Assembly (NCBI GenBank): GCA_964016885.1
Contig: OZ024760.1
Location: forward strand, 23,994,001-24,058,000
Source of the DNA: Eledone cirrhosa
Lineage: Eukaryota
DNA: 64,000 bases
Direction: 5' to 3'
A model generated the notes under the pieces. The model did not search any database. It saw nothing but the letters and a program-made list of their open reading frames with translations, and was not told the DNA's origin. Of this stretch, positions 15,014 to 27,966 are shown piece after piece. Every line of letters begins with the position of its first letter. Within the stretch, counting starts at the first letter, position 1. The translations under genes and the position numbers were made by a program.

Positions 15014-15083
15014 ATGTATTTTATCTGACGAGGACGTACTGAAAAAACAGCACAGTACCTTCGAAATATATATAATAAAACAT
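15014..15083 (+). ncRNA. Type-I hammerhead motif
   Basis: ATGTATTTTAT-CTGACGA-GGA-cGTACTG..CAGTACc-TTC-GAAA-TATATA-TA-ATAAAACAT, in an element (~14958-15240) of the same family as the 9.9-10.3-kb one. Confidence 0.85.
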
Positions 15084-15799
15084 ATATTTTGATTATGTGT
15101 AAGTCTTCATTTATTATTATTCTGAATAATATTAATAAAACTCCGGAAAACTTTCATTGTAGAGTGCTTTTAATCTATTGTAAAACTATTGTACGATACA
15201 CGCACTTATACCTCGTATAAGGGTCCCTTTATTTCCGTCCCACCTAGTTTATTTTTATTTATTTTTTATTCTTCATTATATATATATATATATATTTTTA
15301 ATTCATTTATCTATTCTTTTATTCACTTATTTGTTTATTTATTTATTTATGTATTTTTTAGCCTAGCAATAGCGAGAGACTTAAGTCTTAGTAACCAGAC
15401 TCTGCTTATTTTTTTTTTTTTTTCTCTCTCAGTACTTTTTATAGTTTTACCCTTCTTTGTTTTACTTACCGTTTCGACTTCCTCCCCCTCCCCCTCCCCA
15501 ATATCTTCTTTGACCTCACACCCAGCTGTAGCCGGCACTACCAACGCATGAATGGGTCTACTCCACCCCCTCTCCCTTTTTCTCCTACCGGCAGGTTCAG
15601 TTACCCCTTCCCCCACCAATTTGCCATCACAGATTTACTACTAACTTGTGATGTGACCAATCCTGGTGATTATCTCTTTAACCATATATGGAATTACCCC
15701 TTGATAAGCTCGGCTATTTAAATACCTGAATAAATTTTCATTCAGTCCAGAATTAGCCGTCGAAACGGCTTGAGCTCAGCCGTCGGGGTCTTACTTGTT

Positions 15800-15876
<77 letters not shown>

Positions 15877-16608
15877 GAATGTGTGTGTGTGTGTATGCAT
15901 GTATGTATGTATGTCCTTCACTGGAAGAAAAGAATTTGGTTGTGCCCAGATATGGAGAAATTTGGGCTTCTCAAGTTGCAACTGCTGGCAGTGTTTATCT
16001 GTCATCAATTGAAAAACCAATAGAAATATAGTTTCCTTAGTCTGATCTGACAATCACCTCCTTTCCATTTCAGCCAGGTGTCCTGAACGACAGATAGTAT
16101 CAGCAATGGAAAGACAAATTGAGATGCAGCCAAAACCAAACCAAACAGTGAGCGTGTTTTACTATTTTTGGGAACCCTCCCCAAATATAACAACACACGA
16201 TTTCATATAAATAAAGCCCTGCAAATACAGCGCCGCCAATCGCGATACAATTCCTTGACCCAATCATTAGACCGGCTCCTATCTTTCTTGGCTGTCTCTT
16301 TCACTTATATATATGGACTAAATCCCTGTTTTGTGGATACTTTGATGTGCATCATGTTATTGTTATTGTTGTTTAAGTACGAAACATAATTATTTGTGTT
16401 TTGTTTATTTATTTATCTTATTTTTTTAGGTCTGTTGAAAAATCTCAAAACCTTAACTACAACAACAACAACAACAACAATAATAACTACTTTAACTAGA
16501 ACTATAACAACAACCTAAATTTCAAAGAGAAGGCAGCGGAGAGAGTTAAGGTAGAAGAAGAAAAGGAAGGAATTATTTGTTTTGTCTTGTTTTGTGTTTT
16601 AGTACCAC

Positions 16609-16669
<61 letters not shown>

Positions 16670-16673
16670 TATA

Positions 16674-16834
16674 CCGTAGACGCACTGAAGACGCTTGGTC
16701 CTCGAGGAAGCACCCTAATTTTGACAACCATAACATTTGAAAAATAATAATAAACCTTCGGCCTCCAGGACGCATGGTAGATTTTTCAGACTTATTTTAG
16801 GAAAGAGTAACGTCTTCGACGCCGGAAAATACGG
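16674..16834. mobile_element. Tc1/mariner-superfamily MITE (left TIR degenerate)
   Basis: TA|CCGTA...CGTCTTCGACGCCGGAAAATACGG|TA; homologous to 24729-24896. Confidence 0.7.
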
Positions 16835-16920
<86 letters not shown>

Positions 16921-17196
16921 ATTATATTATATTATATTATATTATATTACACAGAACAAAGACGCTACTCAAGGTCCAAATTTGACCAACCATACCACCA
17001 GAAAACAAGAAAATCAAAATAGTGACCTTTCTTCAGACGCCAATACGAGTTTATGTTTGTGGATATATATATATATATTATATATGTAGATAATATGATA
17101 TACATACCAACACACACATATATATCCTAGAAACGATCGTAAAATTATGAATTTTTTAATATAAGGAACTGTTTCTTTGTTTTTATTCATTATTTT

Positions 17197-17268
<72 letters not shown>

Positions 17269-17342
17269 GTAGAGCAAATATTTATTATAAGAACAGATTG
17301 AAGTTTAAGAATCGCTGCTTTCATCTTTAACGGGATCTTCTG

Positions 17343-17431
<89 letters not shown>

Positions 17432-17517
17432 AAAAGGTAAACAGAAATAACAACACAATCGGTACAGTATATGGAAGGGTTATATTAGGTTAACGCCTGA
17501 TATAGCAGGAAGAGGGT

Positions 17518-17553
17518 ATTAACGTTTCGGACGCTAGTCCTTCATCATCAGAA
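17518..17553 (-). ncRNA. Degenerate minimal hammerhead (TGA duplication in core)
   Basis: Minus: CTGATGA(TGA)-A-GGAC-tagc-GTCC-GAAACGTTA; more degenerate relatives at ~9730-9762 and 25595-25630. Confidence 0.45.
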
Positions 17554-17555
17554 AA

Positions 17556-17586
<31 letters not shown>

Positions 17587-17619
17587 TCCCAATTACAAAC
17601 ATTCAAACATACATAAAGA

Positions 17620-17748
17620 GTCAGACAAACAGACAGACAGACGGGTGATTAGACAGACAGACAGACGGGTTCTCAGACAGACAGACGAGTTGTCAGACAG
17701 ACAGACAGACGGGTGGTCAGACAGACAGACGGGTGGTCAGACAGCCTG

Positions 17749-17789
<41 letters not shown>

Positions 17790-18347
17790 GGGTGATCAGA
17801 CAGACAGACAGACGGGTGGTCAGACAGTCAGACAGACAAACAGACAGACAGACGGGTGGTCAGACAAACAGACAGACGGGTGGTCAGACAGACAGACAGA
17901 CAGACAGACGGGTGGTCAGACAGACAGACAGACAGACGGGTGGTCAGAGAGACAGACAGACAGACGGGTGGTCAGACAGACAGACGGGTGGTCAGACAGA
18001 CAGACAGACAGACGGGTGGTCAGAGAGACAGACAGACAGACGGGTGGTCAGACAGACAGACAGACAGACAGACAGACGGGTGGTCAGACAGACAGACAGA
18101 CAGACGGGTGGTCAGAGAGACAGACAGACAGACGGGTGGTCAGACAGACAGACAGACAGACGGGTGGTCAGACAGACAGACAGACGGGTGGTCAGAGAGA
18201 CAGACAGACAGACGGGTGGTCAGACAGACAGACAGACAGACGGGTGGTCAGACAGACAGACAGACAGACGGGTGGTCAGAGAGACAGACAGACAGACGGG
18301 TGGTCAGACAGACAGACAGACAGACAGACGGGTGGTCAGACAGACAA
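17620..18347. repeat. (GACA)n / GACGGGTGGTCA compound satellite directly upstream of the mucin ATG
   Basis: Seen directly; explains the spurious N-terminus of the 1580-aa ORF. Confidence 0.95.
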
Positions 18348-18351
18348 AGCG

Positions 18352-21300
18352 ATGGCTTCGTGTCACACACGTCTACATTTCATTTACTTCTGCATATTTC
18401 TGTGGTTTCATTCGAACCCAACATACAGCAGTGGGTCTCCAAACACCGCCGCCTCTACCACCAGCACCTCCACCTCCACACTTAACCCCACCACCACCAC
18501 CTCTACCATTAGCCCCACCACCTCCACCTTTAACCCCACCACCAACACCACCTCCACCTCCACACTTAACCCCACCACCACCACCTCTACCATTAGCCCC
18601 ACCACCTCCACCTTTAACCCCACCACCAACACCACCTCCACCTCCACACTTAACCCCACCACCACCACCTCTACCATTAGCCCCACCACCTCCACCTTTA
18701 ACCCCACCACCAACACCACCTCCACCTCCACACTTAACCCCACCACCACCACCTCTACCATTAGCCCCACCACCTCCACCTTTAACCCCACCACCAACAC
18801 CACCTCCACCTCCACACTTAACCCCACCACCACCACCTCTACCATTAGCCCCACCACCTCCACCTTTAACCCCACCACTAACACCACCTCCACCTCCATC
18901 CTTCACCCCACCACTACCACTTCTACCATTAGCCCCACCACCTCCACCTTTAACCCCACCACCAACACCACCTCCACACTTAACCCCACCACCACCACCT
19001 CTACCTTTATCCCCACCACCTCCACCTTTAATCCCACCACCAACACCACCTCCACCCTTCACCCCACCACCACCACCTCTACCATTAGCCCCACCACCTC
19101 CACCTTTAACCCCACCACTAACACCACCTCCACCTCCATCCTTCACCCCACCACTACCACTTCTACCATTAGCCCCACCACCTCCACCTTTAACCCCACC
19201 ACCAACACCACCTCCATCCTTCACCCCACCACCACCACTTCTACCATTAGCCCCACCACCTCTACCTTTAACCCCACCACCAACACCACCTCCACCTCCA
19301 TCCTTCACCCCACCACCACCACTTCTACCATTAGCCCCACCACCTCCACCTTTAACCCCACCACCAACACCACCTCCATCCTTCACCCCACCACCACCAC
19401 TTCTACCATTAGCCCCACCACCTCCACCTTTAACCCCACCACCAACACCACCTCCACCTCCATCCTTCACCCCACCACCACCACCTCTACCATTAGCCCC
19501 ACCACCTCCACCTTTAACCCCACCACTAACACCACCTCCACCTCCACACTTAACCCCACCACCACCACCTCTACCATTAGCCCCACCACCTCCACCTTTA
19601 ACCCCACCACCAACACCACCTCCACACTTAACCCCACCACCACCACTTCTAACATTAGCCTCACCACCTCCACGACCAACATCTCTACTCCTACCACAAC
19701 CACCACCCTCACTCCCACCAGCACCACCACTGCCACCATCCCTTCATCTACCATCACCGCCACCGCCGACAACACCAACACCAACACCAACACTAACAAA
19801 ACCGATTGGCAGTTAATTATAACCACGGGTAACTCCGAAGATGCAGGAACTAACGGTAGTATCTATATAACATTAATCGGTACGAAGAAAATATGGCATT
19901 TGGAATTCAACGCGAGCGGTGAGTTATTTGAGAGAAACCGAGTGGATATGTTTGCTTGGTCCATGCCGGATATTGGAAGCTTACCGGAAGTATATGTCAT
20001 CCATGATGAATATAAAAACAACCATTACGAAAATTGGTGGTTAGAATCTTTGGTGTTCTTGGATAAATCTGCATCTCTTGAATATCAGTTCATTTTCAAT
20101 GGTTACATACCAGAGAATGACTACCACTACGGAGATGTCTTCATTGAACAGAACTTCCAACGAAAAATAAATTTAACTGAACTCACAACAACTGCGGCAA
20201 TTGTGACTGCATGGACAAACATGGCGACGAACACTGCAAACTCATTCTACTCGCTACCGTCACTTCCGCTTTCATCATTGAACACACCGGAAGCGTCGGT
20301 GTCCGCAACTTTGAATTCCATTTCAACAACTTCTTTTTCTTTTTTTTCTTCTTCTTCTTCTTCTTTGTCCCCTACTACTACTGATACTGCTACAACCACC
20401 ACCACTGCTACTACTACTCCCACTACTACTACTACTGCTACTACTGCCACTACTCTCAATACTACTGCTACTGCTACTACTACTACTGCTACTACTACTG
20501 CTACTACTGCTACTACTACTACTACCACTACTACTACTACTGCTACTCCTGCTACTACTACCACTACTCCTACTGCTACCACTACTCCTACTCCTACTAC
20601 TACTCCTACTGCTACCACTACTCCTACTGCTACCACTACTCCTACTGCTACCACTGCTACTACTACTGCTACTAATCCCACTACTACTACTACTGCTACT
20701 CCTACCACTACTCCCACTACTAATGCTACTACTACTGCTACTACTACTCCTACTGCTACCACTACTCCTACTGCTACCACTACTACTTCTACCACTACTC
20801 CTACTACTACTTCTACCACTACTCCTACTACTACCACTACTCCTACTGCTACCACTACTCCTACTCCTACTACTACTCCTACTGCTACTTCTACCACTAC
20901 TCCTACTACTACTTCTACCACTACTCCTACTACTACCACTACTCCTACTGCTACCACTACTCCTACTCCTACTACTACTCCTACTGCTACTTCTACCACT
21001 ACTCCTACTACTACTTCTACCACTACTCCTACTACTACTTCTACCACTACTCCTACTACTACCACTACTCCTACTGCTACCACTACTCCTACTCCTACTA
21101 CTACTCCTACTGCTACTTCTACCACTACTCCTACTACTACTTCTACCACTACTCCTACTACTACCACTACTCCTACTGCTACCACTACTCCTACTCCTAC
21201 TACTACTCCTACTGCTACCACTACTCCTACTCCTACTCCTACTACTACTCCTACTGCTACTTCTACCACTACTCCTACTACTACTTCTACCACTACTCCT

Positions 21301-22455
21301 ACTGCTACCACTACTCCTACTCCTACTCCTACTACTACTCCTACTGCTACTTCTACCACTACTCCTACTACTACTTCTACCACTACTCCTACTGCTACCA
21401 CTACTCCTACTCCTACTGCTACTACTACTCCTACTGCTCCTTCTACCACTACTCCTACTACTACTTCTACCACTACTCCTACTACTACTGCTACCACTAC
21501 TCCTACTACCACTACTCCTACTACTTCACCTACAAATACTACTATTATTTCTGCTACTGTTACTACTACTACTACTCCAACTTTTTCTGAGCCTCTTCTT
21601 TCCACGACCACCTCTTCTGTTCACCAATCCCATAATTCAACGTTCACCGGTGTTCACAGTTCGCTGAACCATTCTCTAACCGGAAGTACTACTGTTGTCA
21701 CATCGCCTGGTCCCTTTACTAGCTCCCATCCAGAACAAAGTAACAACAACAACAACAACAACAGCAGCAGCACTATAACTGAAACTACAACCAGCCCCAC
21801 CGACGCCATTCCCACAACGGAAACCACCACAACAACAACAAATAACAACAATCTGAATTCTTTTTCTTCTTCGTTGATGGAAAATTCTAGCACCTTTGTC
21901 AGTACTAATGAAATAGACACGACTTTGTATTCTAGTCAACCCCTTCTGTTGAGTTTCTCCTCAACAGATTTTCCGACTGAAACCCTTTCCGAAGGACAAG
22001 GAATTTTGTCATCCCTTTTATCTTTAACTTCGTCTTCTCTCACTTCTTCATATTTCTCTTCTCAAGGCACGAAATCTTCGCTATTTACCGACCCCCTCAT
22101 GGCGTGTGTTTATTCTTCATGTGGGCAATTTTCGGCACTTTTAAATTCGATTTTTGGAAAGCAAAATCAACAGCTAAATACAGATCGAAACACCGTCAAC
22201 GAATCAATATCCAGGCAGAGGAAACTATTGAATATTTCCAAAGCTTTAACAATCGATAAAAAACGCCTCAGTAAATACAAGAGAATGAAATCAAGCGCCA
22301 ATGATCAACGTTACTCTTCGACAGCCATCGGTTATTTGGCGGTCACCGTGATAATCTTACCAATACTTCTAATAGTAGTCAGTGATCTGATGAGTTACCA
22401 GAAGTTTTTTCCACGTTGCAATAAAGATAAGAAAGCTCCCAACGCCCTTATCTAA
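18352..22455 (+). CDS. Membrane-anchored mucin-like glycoprotein with PLAT/LH2 domain (~1367 aa, apparently single exon)
   Basis: First ATG gives signal-peptide-like MASCHTRLHFIYFCIFLWFHS. Then 26-28-aa Thr/Ser/Pro repeats with NTT sequons, a PLAT domain (WQLIITTGNSEDAGTNGSIYITLIG..FERNRVDMF..DIGSL..HD..WWLESL, ~19804-20110) and a second PTS block. C-terminus LTIDKKRLSKYKRMKSSANDQRYSSTAIG + TM helix + short tail. Frame open for 4.1 kb. Confidence 0.85.
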   Translation: MASCHTRLHFIYFCIFLWFHSNPTYSSGSPNTAASTTSTSTSTLNPTTTTSTISPTTSTFNPTTNTTSTSTLNPTTTTSTISPTTSTFNPTTNTTSTSTLNPTTTTSTISPTTSTFNPTTNTTSTSTLNPTTTTSTISPTTSTFNPTTNTTSTSTLNPTTTTSTISPTTSTFNPTTNTTSTSILHPTTTTSTISPTTSTFNPTTNTTSTLNPTTTTSTFIPTTSTFNPTTNTTSTLHPTTTTSTISPTTSTFNPTTNTTSTSILHPTTTTSTISPTTSTFNPTTNTTSILHPTTTTSTISPTTSTFNPTTNTTSTSILHPTTTTSTISPTTSTFNPTTNTTSILHPTTTTSTISPTTSTFNPTTNTTSTSILHPTTTTSTISPTTSTFNPTTNTTSTSTLNPTTTTSTISPTTSTFNPTTNTTSTLNPTTTTSNISLTTSTTNISTPTTTTTLTPTSTTTATIPSSTITATADNTNTNTNTNKTDWQLIITTGNSEDAGTNGSIYITLIGTKKIWHLEFNASGELFERNRVDMFAWSMPDIGSLPEVYVIHDEYKNNHYENWWLESLVFLDKSASLEYQFIFNGYIPENDYHYGDVFIEQNFQRKINLTELTTTAAIVTAWTNMATNTANSFYSLPSLPLSSLNTPEASVSATLNSISTTSFSFFSSSSSSLSPTTTDTATTTTTATTTPTTTTTATTATTLNTTATATTTTATTTATTATTTTTTTTTTATPATTTTTPTATTTPTPTTTPTATTTPTATTTPTATTATTTATNPTTTTTATPTTTPTTNATTTATTTPTATTTPTATTTTSTTTPTTTSTTTPTTTTTPTATTTPTPTTTPTATSTTTPTTTSTTTPTTTTTPTATTTPTPTTTPTATSTTTPTTTSTTTPTTTSTTTPTTTTTPTATTTPTPTTTPTATSTTTPTTTSTTTPTTTTTPTATTTPTPTTTPTATTTPTPTPTTTPTATSTTTPTTTSTTTPTATTTPTPTPTTTPTATSTTTPTTTSTTTPTATTTPTPTATTTPTAPSTTTPTTTSTTTPTTTATTTPTTTTPTTSPTNTTIISATVTTTTTPTFSEPLLSTTTSSVHQSHNSTFTGVHSSLNHSLTGSTTVVTSPGPFTSSHPEQSNNNNNNNSSSTITETTTSPTDAIPTTETTTTTTNNNNLNSFSSSLMENSSTFVSTNEIDTTLYSSQPLLLSFSSTDFPTETLSEGQGILSSLLSLTSSSLTSSYFSSQGTKSSLFTDPLMACVYSSCGQFSALLNSIFGKQNQQLNTDRNTVNESISRQRKLLNISKALTIDKKRLSKYKRMKSSANDQRYSSTAIGYLAVTVIILPILLIVVSDLMSYQKFFPRCNKDKKAPNALI

Positions 22456-23035
22456 CCCTCCAACTTCAACTAAGAATAGTACAAGCAAAGGGGTTAGGAT
22501 CAGGACCGGATTTAATAGAGAGCAAATAAAGCAACTACCCCCAGGGCCCTAGCAGTGGGGGAGCGACGACCGTAGCAATTTATTTGTGCCCTCAGCTGGT
22601 CTTTTTAGTTTTAGCATGGTTAGAATTTTTATATTTAATACCTGTCTGTATGTATAACTGTATAACCTATATGTTTAATTTAATACCTGTATATATAACT
22701 TTTCAATCCCAATTACTTGTGCCAATCTAACTTTGATATATATAATTGGGGGAGGGTTTGCTGTATAATCTAAATTTTGTGTAATAACGTTGATTGCCAA
22801 ATAAATTAACTTTGGAGATATGAAAGATACAGAAGCGAAAACCAACGAAACAGTGAATGTGTTCTGTTATTATTTCTGGCAATATTATTACAACAATATG
22901 ACCCTCCCCAAGTATAACAATATATATATTTATATATAGGTATTAAGGTGAAAATTAATTGCGTCTATAGGCGGTATGCCGAATGAGCACTCGATGCCCT
23001 TGGGGTGCAAAGTAACAATAATATTTATATATAAG

Positions 23036-23219
23036 GGCGGTGGATTGGCAGTATCGGTGGAGGGTCGGACGCCATGCTTTCCAGCATAGTTACGTCCCTT
23101 TACGATCTGAGTTCAAATCCCGCCGAGGTTTACTTTGCCTTTCATCCTTACGGGGTCGATAAAATAAAGTACCAGTAATGCACTGGGTAATTGCTGGCCT
23201 TGTGCCTAAAGTAGAAACA
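23036..23219 (+). mobile_element. Full-length tRNA-derived SINE with TSD
   Basis: Same family as 11328-11510; TSD AATATTTATATATAAGGG at 23020-23037 and 23220-23237. Confidence 0.92.
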
Positions 23220-23663
23220 AATATTTATATATAAGGGAACAAAGAATCAGTGTTGCATTATATATATATTTAATTACATATTACATATGTTTCACTGTCG
23301 ATCAGCTCGAGGAACGATGATCTATTAATTATCGAACCTGACTCTGGAATCGAAAGCTCCTTAGATATGTTTTAACATGTAGACTCGCTTCTGAGAGTCT
23401 AGATGTTAAAACATCATGGTTGAAATATATTTGTCCGTGGGTCTACTGGAACGGACCTGACATAGGGTTAAGCAACAACAACTACTACTACTGCCGCTGC
23501 TACTATTACTACTACTACTGCTACTACTGCCGCTGCTACTTTTACTACTACTACTACTATTGCTGCTGCTACTACTACTGGAACAATACAATGTATACAA
23601 GTGTGCTAAACTTCCTCTACAAGAATTTAAGAGAAATCTTTGACCTAATATTAGTCGCGTTTT

Positions 23664-23697
23664 GCTACTACTACTAATACTACCACTACTCCTAATT

Positions 23698-23729
<32 letters not shown>

Positions 23730-24572
23730 CCTACTGCTAATACCACTACTACTACTACCGCTACTACTACTACCAATACCACCACCACTACTACTACTAG
23801 TACTATCAATAGCACTACTACTACTTCTGCTAACACCACCACCACTACTACTACCACCACTACCACTACTACTACCACCGCCACCACTACTACTACTACC
23901 ACCGCCACCACTACTACTACCACCACCACCACCACTACTACTACCACCGCCACCACTACTACTACCACCACCACCACTACTACTACCACTACCACCTCCA
24001 CTACTACTACCACCGCCACCACTACTACTACCACCACCACCACTACTACTACCACCGCCACCACCACTACTACTACCACCGCCACCACTACTACCACCAC
24101 CACTACTACTACCACCACCACCTCCACTACTACTACCACCACCTCCACTACTACTACTACCACCACCTCCACTACTACTACCACCACCTCCACTACTACT
24201 ACCACCACCACCACTACCACCACCACCACTACTACTACTACCACCACCGCCACCACTACTACTACCACCACCACCACTACTACTACCACCGCCACCACCA
24301 CTACTACCACCACCACCACTACTACCACCACCACCACTACCACCACCACCACTACTACTACCACCGCCACCACTACTACTACCACCACCACCACTACTAC
24401 TACCACCGCCACCACTACTACTACCACCACCACCACTACTACCACTACCACCACCACCACCACTACTACTACCACCGCCACCACTACCACCACCACCACT
24501 ACTACCACTACTACCACCACCACTACCACCACCTCCACTACTACTACCACCACCACCACCACCTCTACTACT
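23664..24572. repeat. (ACT/ACC)n low-complexity tract
   Basis: Seen directly; the Thr-encoding frame is open 23655-24670. Confidence 0.9.
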
Positions 24573-24728
24573 CCTTCCTTCAAGTTATTTTCTTCTATCA
24601 CGAATAAAAGATTAAACAGTTTGATTATGTACTCCAAGATACACTATACCATTTTATGTTTAAAATATTAAAACGGAAAAAATGATTCGGTTAAAACTTA
24701 TTTTCGTTTTTCTTTCGTTTTGCAATTA

Positions 24729-24896
24729 CCGTATTTCCCGGCGCCGGAGACGCTTCGTCCTCGAAGCCACACCCTACTTTTGACAACCAAAAATTTGAAA
24801 AAAATAATAAACAACGTTCGGCCTTCCGGACACATGGTAGATTTTTAAAGATTTATTTTAGGAAAAAAGTAGCGTCTTCGACGCCGGGAAGTACGG
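24729..24896. mobile_element. Tc1/mariner-superfamily MITE
   Basis: ~25-bp TIRs CCGTATTTCCCGGCGCCGGAGACGC / GCGTCTTCGACGCCGGGAAGTACGG, with TA on both sides. Confidence 0.85.
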
Positions 24897-25039
24897 TATA
24901 TATATATATATATATTTATTAAAATAACAGATTAAAGTTTAAGCAAAGAATCGCTGCTTTCACCCTTAACGGGATCTTATATATTTGATATATATTTATC
25001 CTTATCGAGCCGTCTTTGGATTTTAGTCTTCAAATTTAT

Positions 25040-25076
<37 letters not shown>

Positions 25077-25113
25077 ATTAAATAAATGGAAACTATATTT
25101 ATAAAACCATATT

Positions 25114-25179
25114 TATTTCGTTATATATATTTCAGGGATATCATATTAACAATATGTTATGCCATCTTCAGACAAAATA
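25114..25179 (-). ncRNA. Type-I hammerhead motif (stem II base mismatched)
   Basis: Minus: TATTTTGT-CTGAAGA-TGG..CCT-GAAA-TATATA-TA-ACGAAATA; element ~25073-25402 has a partial inverted repeat. Confidence 0.7.
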
Positions 25180-25399
25180 CAATATAAACAGTCTTATAAA
25201 TAAATAGATACGACATACCTTTCAATCACCTTGCATTTGTGAGGTTGATTTGGCAGTAAAATAACGAAATAAATATGGTTTTATAAATATAGTTTCCATT
25301 TATTTAATATCATAAATATACTCCAAATACTTGTTGAGTGCTTTTATATCAGTTATAAATATTTACTCGTTGTTAACCCAACAATTTAAATATAACTTT

Positions 25400-25460
<61 letters not shown>

Positions 25461-26509
25461 TATATATATTAATGACCATATGGTTCTGTTTATATATATA
25501 TGTGTGTGTAAAAGGTAAACAGAAATAACAAAACAAACGGCAGGGTACATGGATGAAATATATTAGTTTAACGCTTGAAATGGCAAGAAGAGAGTCTTAA
25601 CGATTCTGATACTAGTCCTTCATCAGAAGATAGAGTTAGAAATAGAAGATAAATAAAAAGTACGGAGAAAATGAAGAAATAAAACATACCTGCGTATTCT
25701 GTCGACCATCTTGGAGGATGGCTGGTTAAGCGGTATCTTCCGCGATAGAGACGTTTAGAAAGGGAGGTAATACACACACACAGATATATAAACCAATTAT
25801 GTTGTGTGGTTTACTGATGGTTAGAACTGGTCACTCCCTTTAGCAAATCATTATGTAATAAACTAAATTTATTACATATTTGTTTCTACTTTTGGCACAA
25901 GGCCAGCAATTATCCCAGAGTACCAGTAATACACTGGGATAATTGCTGGCCTTGTGCCAAAAGTAGAAAGAATTATGTAATAAATTAAAGCACTCGACAA
26001 CATGTAAATCATCCATCGTAGATGTGGTATCCAGTGGGTGGTGCAGGCACTGAGTTAAATATTTAAAAACAACAGAAGACCGAACTGGAGACATTAGGGT
26101 CAGACGCCATACTTTTTTCTATATATATATATATAGAGAGAGAGAGAGAAAAAAGTATGACCCCGACGGCAGAGCTCAAGCCGTTTCGACGGCTATTTCC
26201 CACTCTACTACCCTAAGTATTGAGTACTCTAGTGCGTTATGGTCCATCTGTTTCCTTACCACAATTCCTTTGTTATATATATATATATATATATATATAG
26301 GAACCAGTAAGACCCCGACGGCTGAGCTCAAGCCGTTTCGACGGCTAATTCTGGACGGCTAATTCTGCATTTAGTCCAGAATTAGCCGTCGAAACGGCTT
26401 GAGCTCAGCCGTCGGGGTCTTACTGGTTCCTATTACCCACTCTACTACCCCAAGTATTGAGTACTTTGGTGCGTTATGGTCCACCTGGTTCCTTACCACA
26501 TTTCCTTCG

Positions 26510-26638
<129 letters not shown>

Positions 26639-26846
26639 GGTGTGAGGAGATCTGCCTAGGCGAGTTTCGTAGTGTTTTGGTGTAGTGGATCGTCAACTTC
26701 CTTGGGACTTGCGCCTTCGCAAACCGATGGGGGGTGAATTGGGACTCACAAGGGAACGTGCGAAGGATTCAAGAACACCCGCTTTGTCGCTTCCCCTGTC
26801 GATTCAATTTAGATTGCCTCGGGAATGTAACCTTATTATATAAGAA

Positions 26847-26921
26847 GCTGTCTGATGATGTCACGGCACTAGGTACACCAAAGCCTGTGGCCACTGTCGT
26901 CATTGAAATATGTATCACAGC
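26847..26921 (+). ncRNA. Type-I hammerhead motif
   Basis: GCTGT-CTGATGA-..ACGGCA..TGTCGT..-GAAA-TATGTA-TC-ACAGC; perfect 5-bp stem I, AUC triplet, imperfect stem II base. Confidence 0.7.
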
Positions 26922-27529
26922 ATTATTATTAAAGGGCTTTCACGTCTGAAACTACTTCGCTTTTTCTTATTCTAAATATACTCTGTCACTCCTATGTGGA
27001 AAAAGTAAGTTGAGTACTTGAATTGAATTGCATCAATGTTTACATTAAGTATATATTTATATATATTAAGTATATATCCATACGTGCATATATATATGTG
27101 TGCATGTATGTATATATATATATATATACATACTACTGTACGTCTGTATACATATATGTATGTACGTGTACATACTTATATTTAAGTAACAGCCGTACTA
27201 AGAGTGGGAAATGAAATATCGTTTCATTTTTTCCGTTTATCGTTTTCGGTGCACCCGGCCGATTAACCCACTCGATATGCAAATTGGGCTACTCAGCCGT
27301 TAATATGCATAAGGTAAGTATATACGTTCAACAATCTGGCAGGAAGGTATACGTTGCTGACGATAGCTAACAAGCTTGAAACTAGTACAGCGTTCCTTTG
27401 TCAGTGTTGAACAAACGAGCAACGGTGGTTGCTAGACACTACGGCTTAATACGGGATGTTTGTTTGCAAACACACCGAGCATTGTAATAAATATTCGGTG
27501 AATCCATACGTGCATACATATATGTGTGT

Positions 27530-27586
<57 letters not shown>

Positions 27587-27741
27587 GGGGGGGGGTTGTA
27601 TCTCTGTTGATCACTGGCTGCTGGTCTCTGTCCTCTCAGGCATTATATATCATCTGCCTGTCACCCCCCTTGTGGATAGTGAAAATCTGGGAATAAGGAA
27701 CAACAAGACGGAATTATGAAATATATATATATATATATATA

Positions 27742-27966
27742 TGAAAAATATGAAAACATGGCGTGTTGCGTGGTTGCAGATGGGTTACATATGAATAAAT
27801 TTAGTCCTTCATCAGTGATCTTCCAACCTTCATTGTTCCCCCTATTTACGTGTCCCAACGACTTTCTTTAGCCGTTGCTCGCACCAACCAGAAGTATATG
27901 GTCTTTAAAGCGATGAAATACCAATGGAAGTTGGAAGATCACTGATGAAGGACTAAATTTATTCAT
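27742..27966. mobile_element. Dispersed repeat family C with internal inverted repeat
   Basis: 27788-27828 is inverted at 27929-27968; relatives at ~30903-31180, 54355-54480 and 55595-55880. Confidence 0.6.

Noticed and set aside
17713-18351. N-terminal 213 codons of the 1580-aa ORF
   Set aside because: (GACA)n satellite with a GTG start; the signal-peptide-like segment begins at ATG 18352.
17645-19816. 723-aa Pro-rich (extensin/formin-like) ORF and antisense Gly/Val-rich ORFs
   Set aside because: Alternative frames of the Thr-rich mucin repeats; only the Thr frame continues into the PLAT and TM domains.
27915-27966. Hammerhead in family C (CTGATGAAGGACT)
   Set aside because: No downstream GAAA or stem II closure, and the upstream GAAA does not form a convincing stem III.
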